Source: Candidatus Heimdallarchaeota archaeon
GTDB lineage: Archaea > Asgardarchaeota > Heimdallarchaeia > Heimdallarchaeales > Kariarchaeaceae
Direction of reading: 5' to 3'
Length of the DNA: 32,000 bases
NCBI GenBank assembly: GCA_030149205.1
Contig: JASBSB010000001.1
Span: 840,001-872,000 of the forward strand
Both the position numbers and the translations under genes were made by a program. Under the pieces are notes generated by a model, which searched no databases, had not been told where the DNA came from, and saw only the letters and a list, made by a program, of their open reading frames with translations. Shown one piece after another: positions 27,203 through 32,000 of this stretch (position 1 is the first letter of the stretch; every line of letters begins with the position of its first letter).

Positions 27203-28107
27203 TGTCGGAGATAGATTACATTCTTAAAGCAATGCAGCATGAGACAAGAAGAATGATTCTAGAATTACTTGAGACTCAAGAATTGACTCATGCTGAGCTA
27301 TTACCGTTATGTGATAATTCAACAGGGAAGCTAAATTATCATTTAAGATCTCTGGAGGGGATGATAGGAAAGAAGGAAACTAAATACATTATCACTGAAA
27401 AGGGAAGATTGGTGTTGCACTGGATCAGGGAGATCGAAATTTCTGAAAAAAAATCAACAAAGCCAACAGTTCACAGTCATAATGAGAAAATTTACCCTGC
27501 AAAATCCTTAAGAAACAAATATATAGTGAAAAATATATTTTGGCTTCCAATCGAACTTGTTGTGTTTACAATCATTCTGGTTATCCTTTACTATTCATTC
27601 ATTTTTCTAGTATTTTATCTTGAGAACAAAATAACCATATCTGCACAGGATATCCTAAGATATATCCCCAACCAAAGCTTGGTAATTGAGTTTTACTTAT
27701 TTATTATCTTTTTCTGGATCATAGCTAAGAATATATTTGTGGTATTTTATGTACCCTCAATAGTTTATGAAATTACGGATACTGAGATTATCGTGCAGAA
27801 GGGTCTGATAACCAAATCATCTAAATTTGTCCCATTTCGAACCATTGTAAACTTAGAAGTTCACCGAGGTTATTTTGACAGAAGATTTGGAATGGGATCT
27901 ATTCTGATATCCACTGCTGGGAAACCATTTCCAGAAGAGACGATGGAGGGCCTAGTTGAGGTCGAGGAGGTGAGAGAACTTTTGCTTAAACAAATTCGGT
28001 TGCTGAACCCTCCAGAGCTGATAGAAAAAAGGAAAAACTGGGCTCTAGAGAAGATTTCTCAAGAGTTCGATACGACCATAGAAATACTTACCCATGATAG
28101 CAATTAA
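27202..28107 (+). CDS. ArsR-like winged-helix fused to 2TM-bPH_2 domain (membrane-tethered regulator)
   Basis: HETRRMILELL..STGKLNYHL..L..I.K....Y.IT.KG, then two TM and KGLIT....VPFRTIVN...RGYFDR.FG.G.I.I.TAG. TAATG overlap with the previous gene. Confidence 0.88.
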   Translation: MSEIDYILKAMQHETRRMILELLETQELTHAELLPLCDNSTGKLNYHLRSLEGMIGKKETKYIITEKGRLVLHWIREIEISEKKSTKPTVHSHNEKIYPAKSLRNKYIVKNIFWLPIELVVFTIILVILYYSFIFLVFYLENKITISAQDILRYIPNQSLVIEFYLFIIFFWIIAKNIFVVFYVPSIVYEITDTEIIVQKGLITKSSKFVPFRTIVNLEVHRGYFDRRFGMGSILISTAGKPFPEETMEGLVEVEEVRELLLKQIRLLNPPELIEKRKNWALEKISQEFDTTIEILTHDSN

Positions 28108-28333
28108 CAATTGGTTTAAATCAACAAAAATATATTTTATTAAAAGTCAAGGATCAACTTACCTTAAGTCCAGAGGCCGTTAATACTAAGATACTAATAT
28201 GTTAATTTAGCCAAACCAAGAAGGTTAAAGAAGTTTAATTCGAATAATATTGGGATGTTTTTTCAGCAGGAATAACCAAACATGAAAATTGATTGCTCAA
28301 CACGAATTTGACTAATTGAGTATTGGCAACTTA

Positions 28334-29551
28334 TCACTTAGTTCTTTTAAAATATTCGTTAAGCTTTTTCCTATAATACCAAATAATGTAAATCCCAATA
28401 ATAGTAACAAATGAGCTCACAATAAGAATTATAGAAGAAATGTCTGAGTTAACTGTCCCAGATGATAAGGGACTATGTACTGCCTCCCTAATAACTTTTA
28501 CAATACTGTTTGAGAATGAACCATAAACATCGACAAGGTAGAATGTTAGCGTCCAGTTTATATACAGAGGATGTGCTGGTAAGGAGATACTGGCATACCC
28601 AGCGTCTGCTGCAAACACCAAAGGGTCGTTATCATCAATTTGGATGAATGCATTTTTGACAGCAGTGTTATCTGTACCCGTCCAGTTTACATCAATCTTA
28701 TCTCCAACTTTGTATAGTGTGTTTTCGTCAACCGAGAAATAATCTACAGTGGGTCCCTGCACATCGATTGGAGGCCTAGTTTTAGTTATAGTGACATTAT
28801 TATACCCAAAATCACGCACAGAAACTTTTACTGTTACATTGTTTTCGGGGAACTCATTTGGTGTAACTAAAGACCTTGACAATACTTTTGATGCGGGAGA
28901 GAATAAACTGTTATAAATGAGTTGATCTTTGAACCAATATGAAACAGTGGCAAGTCTAATAAACTTATTGTCAGTGATAGTTAAATTATAAGGGACATTG
29001 GGAGCTGCAAGCATTGCTCCTGGATAATAAGTGAGGTTGAGGTCGAGACTAATTTGAGGTAGAATGATATCATTCGATTTAACCAAAAAATAATAGTTTT
29101 TAAATTTTGGAGCAATAGACTGGTTGAAGGGAGAAATTTCGACAGCAAATGTTGTGTTTTTAGGATACATATTCTCTGTTTGGCGTTTTGTTGCATTTAA
29201 TAACCATTTACCTGTCGATATTTGTTTAGGCGGATCAAATGGTGTATCAATTGAATAAAACTTTAGAGTTCCATTGATGTATTCTCCAGTAAAAATATCT
29301 GTAATATCGATATATACCTGCAAGCTTTGGTTCTGATATACAACCTTAGGACCAGAAAACGAGATGTTTGCAACTGATGTATAATTAGCAGTTTGTAACC
29401 TATTTTTCATCGTAGTTGAATTCATAGTCTTAAATTTTAGACCATCTGATATTATGTTTTCAGGGTTTCCAAGCACAATGTATGGATTTGTGAACATTAA
29501 AATCAGAGTTAATACCCAAATTGAGCTTATTTTCTTGTACTTCAATTTCAT
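28334..29551 (-). CDS. Secreted surface protein with Ig-like beta domains and C-terminal TM anchor
   Basis: Signal peptide, many sequons, VSVRDFGYN / DVQGPTV / WTGTDNTAV / YLVDVYG beta-sandwich-like motifs, TM followed by YYRKK. Confidence 0.85.
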   Translation of the reverse strand: MKLKYKKISSIWVLTLILMFTNPYIVLGNPENIISDGLKFKTMNSTTMKNRLQTANYTSVANISFSGPKVVYQNQSLQVYIDITDIFTGEYINGTLKFYSIDTPFDPPKQISTGKWLLNATKRQTENMYPKNTTFAVEISPFNQSIAPKFKNYYFLVKSNDIILPQISLDLNLTYYPGAMLAAPNVPYNLTITDNKFIRLATVSYWFKDQLIYNSLFSPASKVLSRSLVTPNEFPENNVTVKVSVRDFGYNNVTITKTRPPIDVQGPTVDYFSVDENTLYKVGDKIDVNWTGTDNTAVKNAFIQIDDNDPLVFAADAGYASISLPAHPLYINWTLTFYLVDVYGSFSNSIVKVIREAVHSPLSSGTVNSDISSIILIVSSFVTIIGIYIIWYYRKKLNEYFKRTK

Positions 29552-29965
29552 CTAATTATCACCATTTAATGTTATTACTTCTAATAACTTTCGTGAAGAC
29601 TGAGTTGAGAAGTCATCCATTTTCATAATTCGGTTTTTCATTTTGAAAATCAAAATGGCAGAAATCAATATAGGTGTGAAACTATTAACAATATGAAGAT
29701 CTGTGAAAATAATTTGTTTTTTAAAAGAGGAAGAATTAACATTGTGTGTAAAAGCATTTGTTTCTAAAATTCTTAATATGAGATACGAGCTTTCTAAGTT
29801 TTTTATGTTGGAACTATTATTTAATTGAGTATAAATATAAATTTGAGATTGATCAGAGTTATTGATCTTAGTTAAACCATTAATATCCTTATTTAAAGAA
29901 AACTGAGATGTGCTGAAATGCTCAGCAGAAATCAAAATTATACTCAATATTAATTTTAAATTCAT
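29552..29965 (-). CDS. Hypothetical small, possibly secreted or anchored protein
   Basis: 137-aa ORF in extremely AT-rich DNA, with a hydrophobic N-terminus and a late hydrophobic/basic segment. Its TAG abuts the next ATG in frame. Confidence 0.45.
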   Translation of the reverse strand: MNLKLILSIILISAEHFSTSQFSLNKDINGLTKINNSDQSQIYIYTQLNNSSNIKNLESSYLILRILETNAFTHNVNSSSFKKQIIFTDLHIVNSFTPILISAILIFKMKNRIMKMDDFSTQSSRKLLEVITLNGDN

Positions 29966-30381
29966 AAAAAAAATATTCTATTCATTATTATAAACTTTCT
30001 CAGTCAAGGAGTAAAAAATGTAAAAGAATAAAGAAGGCAAAATGACTTAAAGGGATTTCAAATAAAACCACAATCTAATCACCATTATCTGAAAATATAA
30101 TCGAATTTCTATATCTTGGTGGTTTGGAAAAGCATACAAAATTATCGGATAAATTTAACAAAAACACCCTTGAATTAAATTTTATTTATGACAAATCTCC
30201 CTATGTAATTTTATTAAATTATGATATTATCCCATTCAGACTAATTTCAGGTTTAGTAATCACTCAATTAAAATTAGAACAAATCAACATAAGTTGATGC
30301 AGGAATTTTATAGGATAATCAGAGCAAATTGAGGATAATTCAGCGATAAAGGTTATGTACCAAATAATTAATGGAAATTAA

Positions 30382-31314
30382 TTGATTCAGAAGAAGCTAA
30401 GAGGGTACCTCTTTGGATCAGCGCTGGGAGATGCAATGGGTAGAGACCTAGAATTTGACTCCTATAAGCAGATTCTAAGGGGATGGGGAAAGGATGGGAT
30501 GCTTGAGCCCCCGAAATCCTGTCACTGGACTGATGACACTCAGATGATGCTGGCAATAGCAGATGCAATTATTGAGTCTGACCTTGATGATGATGAGCTG
30601 ATACTTGAAAATACAGCAAGATCATTTGTAAACTGGTTGAGAGATCCTGGACACGCACCAGGGGGAACCTGCATCAAAGGTGCAAATAATCTGAAGAGGG
30701 GAATCCATTGGTCAGAATCTGGGGTAAAAGAATCTAAGGGGTGTGGGAGTGTGATGAGATCAGGTATCTTAGGATTCTTTTTTGATCCCCCTAGACTAAA
30801 CAGTCTCTCCTCCAAGATAGGAAAGATGACACATGGGCATCCAACCGCAGATGCGGCATGCGTTGCTGGCTCACTTATCATCTCGTATGTTAGAGATGGA
30901 TTGGAGCTGGATGAATGTTACAGAGAGATCAGAGAACAAACAGAAGGCATCTCAGACAGGTTCACTGAGCTACTTGACCGTTCCTTCTGGTTGGCAACCC
31001 ATGAGAAACCAAGCTATGAAAATCTGATATCGATAGGAAGAGGATGGGTGGCAGAGGAGGCATTCTGTATGTCATATTACTGTGCGTTGCAATATGAAAA
31101 TGATTTCAAGAAGGCAATACGACTTGCAATCAACCATTCAGGAGACTCTGACAGTGTCGGTGCAATTACAGGGGGAATATTAGGTGCACTCGGTGGCTAT
31201 GAGTTTGTCCCACCAGAGTGGGTCAGAAGACTGAGGGAGAAGAAAAAATTGGAACAGTACTTTCAAAGGCTAAAGATAAAAATAAAGGATAGAACCCCTA
31301 AGAACAGAAATTAA
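30382..31314 (+). CDS. ADP-ribosylglycohydrolase (ARH/DraG family)
   Basis: GSALGDAMG, WTDDTQM, GCGSVMR, THGHP, SGDSDSVGAITGGILGA. Confidence 0.95.
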   Translation: MIQKKLRGYLFGSALGDAMGRDLEFDSYKQILRGWGKDGMLEPPKSCHWTDDTQMMLAIADAIIESDLDDDELILENTARSFVNWLRDPGHAPGGTCIKGANNLKRGIHWSESGVKESKGCGSVMRSGILGFFFDPPRLNSLSSKIGKMTHGHPTADAACVAGSLIISYVRDGLELDECYREIREQTEGISDRFTELLDRSFWLATHEKPSYENLISIGRGWVAEEAFCMSYYCALQYENDFKKAIRLAINHSGDSDSVGAITGGILGALGGYEFVPPEWVRRLREKKKLEQYFQRLKIKIKDRTPKNRN

Positions 31315-31516
31315 AATCTGGGAGTTAAAAGGGAGATGATCATCAGATTATAAATAAAAGGGAAGATCAATGAATATCCAGCATATAGAGGACAGATCTG
31401 AAAGCTGCTTAGCAAAGGTATGTAGGTTGGAATATCAAGTATTAAACTAAAGATATTTTAGAGGATAGAGCTTGTAAAAAAATTATAACAAATTACTATT
31501 CAATTTGGGTTTATTG

Positions 31517-31642
31517 TTAATGTTTCTCATTTTTGTCTGCTGCGCTCTGTGAACGTGATTTAAATTCTTCGTTCTTCCCTGTCTTGTCAGCATGACTTTG
31601 TATTCTTGATGCGGATTTTTTATTCATCTTGTCTTTTGCCAT
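31517..31642 (-). CDS. 41-aa hydrophilic SMP/LEA-like small protein
   Basis: Not in the ORF track. Sequence MAKDKMNKKSASRIQSHADKTGKNEEFKSRSQSAADKNEKH. The ASRIQS...QSAADKN motif pair recalls SMP-type (seed maturation protein-like) proteins. SD GAGGGGGTGA lies 4 nt upstream. Confidence 0.85.
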   Translation of the reverse strand: MAKDKMNKKSASRIQSHADKTGKNEEFKSRSQSAADKNEKH

Positions 31643-31646
31643 TTTG

Positions 31647-31688
31647 TCACCCCCTCAATTGGTTGTTGTTTTCACGCAAGTATATAAA
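31647..31688 (-). promoter_or_regulatory. Archaeal-type promoter and SD of the small protein gene
   Basis: TTTATATA TATA box at 31688-31681 and GAGGGGGTGA at 31656-31647. Spacing implies a short 5' UTR. Confidence 0.65.
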
Positions 31689-31873
31689 TATTGATTTTAT
31701 TGATTTTTACTCCTGAAAGTTTATTGTAGTGATGTTAAAGACCTTCATTTCAATATTAGGAACTAAACCACTGCCATGGAATTTAGTGGTTAATGTTAGG
31801 AATGCTTACCCTAACCTGAAAATCACGGTACTTTTTAGATGGTGTATTAAATTATTATTAGTTAGTTTGTAAG

Positions 31874-32000
31874 TTACCCACCCACTCTATGAATACTCCA
31901 TCCTTCAAACTTCTGTTCATTTATGATTCTTCTTCCGTCCAGAATCAAATGCTTTGCTGTGTTAGATATCTGCATAGGTTCAAGCATCCGAAATTCTTCC
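31874..32000 (-). CDS. 3' end of a UDP-glucose/GDP-mannose dehydrogenase family protein (truncated by window edge)
   Basis: The minus frame reads EEFRMLEP..SNTAKHLILDGRRII..QKFEGWSIHRVGG*, matching the (W)EEF..L / (I)DGR / (I/V)G terminus of the UDP-binding domain. Confidence 0.8.
   Translation of the reverse strand, partial: EEFRMLEPMQISNTAKHLILDGRRIINEQKFEGWSIHRVGG

Noticed and set aside
1569-31027. Short antisense or alternate-frame ORFs in the track (e.g. 1569-1793, 1843-2121, 4248-4490, 6759-7794, 11639-11931, 16634-16897, 18990-19316, 20266-20751, 22445-23922, 25527-25856, 30368-31027)
   Set aside because: They overlap well-supported genes and lack motifs. These are typical shadow ORFs.
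367-31314. Genome-wide TAG recoding (pyrrolysine), suggested by the in-frame TAG junctions
   Set aside because: TAG ends several apparently complete genes (1224, 2515, 20232, 25686) and no pyl genes are present in the window.
1-32000. tRNA, rRNA or CRISPR arrays
   Set aside because: No cloverleaf, rRNA-like GC-rich tract or regularly spaced repeat was seen on either strand.

Overview
AT-rich, gene-dense accessory region with about 30 CDSs. I found no rRNA, tRNA, CRISPR array or intact mobile element. The source is probably an archaeon, most likely Asgard (Heimdallarchaeia-like). This is inference from TATA-box and GGTGA-type signals, many N-glycosylation sequons in the surface proteins, a TPGF-TM-basic C-terminal anchor, and a beta-helix plus Ig-like surface protein architecture. 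Surface proteins: six secreted, C-terminally anchored proteins, including a CxxC paralog pair, a WD40-type propeller and a NosD-like beta-helix. Membrane proteins: several ORFans, three of them apparent paralogs around a VapBC toxin-antitoxin pair. Enzymes: alpha/beta hydrolase, SDR, P-loop kinase, amidohydrolase, ADP-ribosylglycohydrolase, and a DUF2779 Cas4-like/RNase H-like nuclease. There is also an ABC-2 exporter divergent from a bPH_2 / wHTH-bPH_2 operon, and an IS630-type HTH protein without a DDE domain that is divergent from a His-containing membrane protein. Reading beyond the supplied ORF track gave four more elements: a frameshifted ArsR/SmtB gene (true 3' end at 3439), an orphan membrane-anchor coding remnant (7873-8013), a 41-aa SMP/LEA-like protein with its own TATA box and SD (31517-31642), and the 3' end of a nucleotide-sugar dehydrogenase (31874-32000). 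All family assignments come from motif recognition, not database searches.
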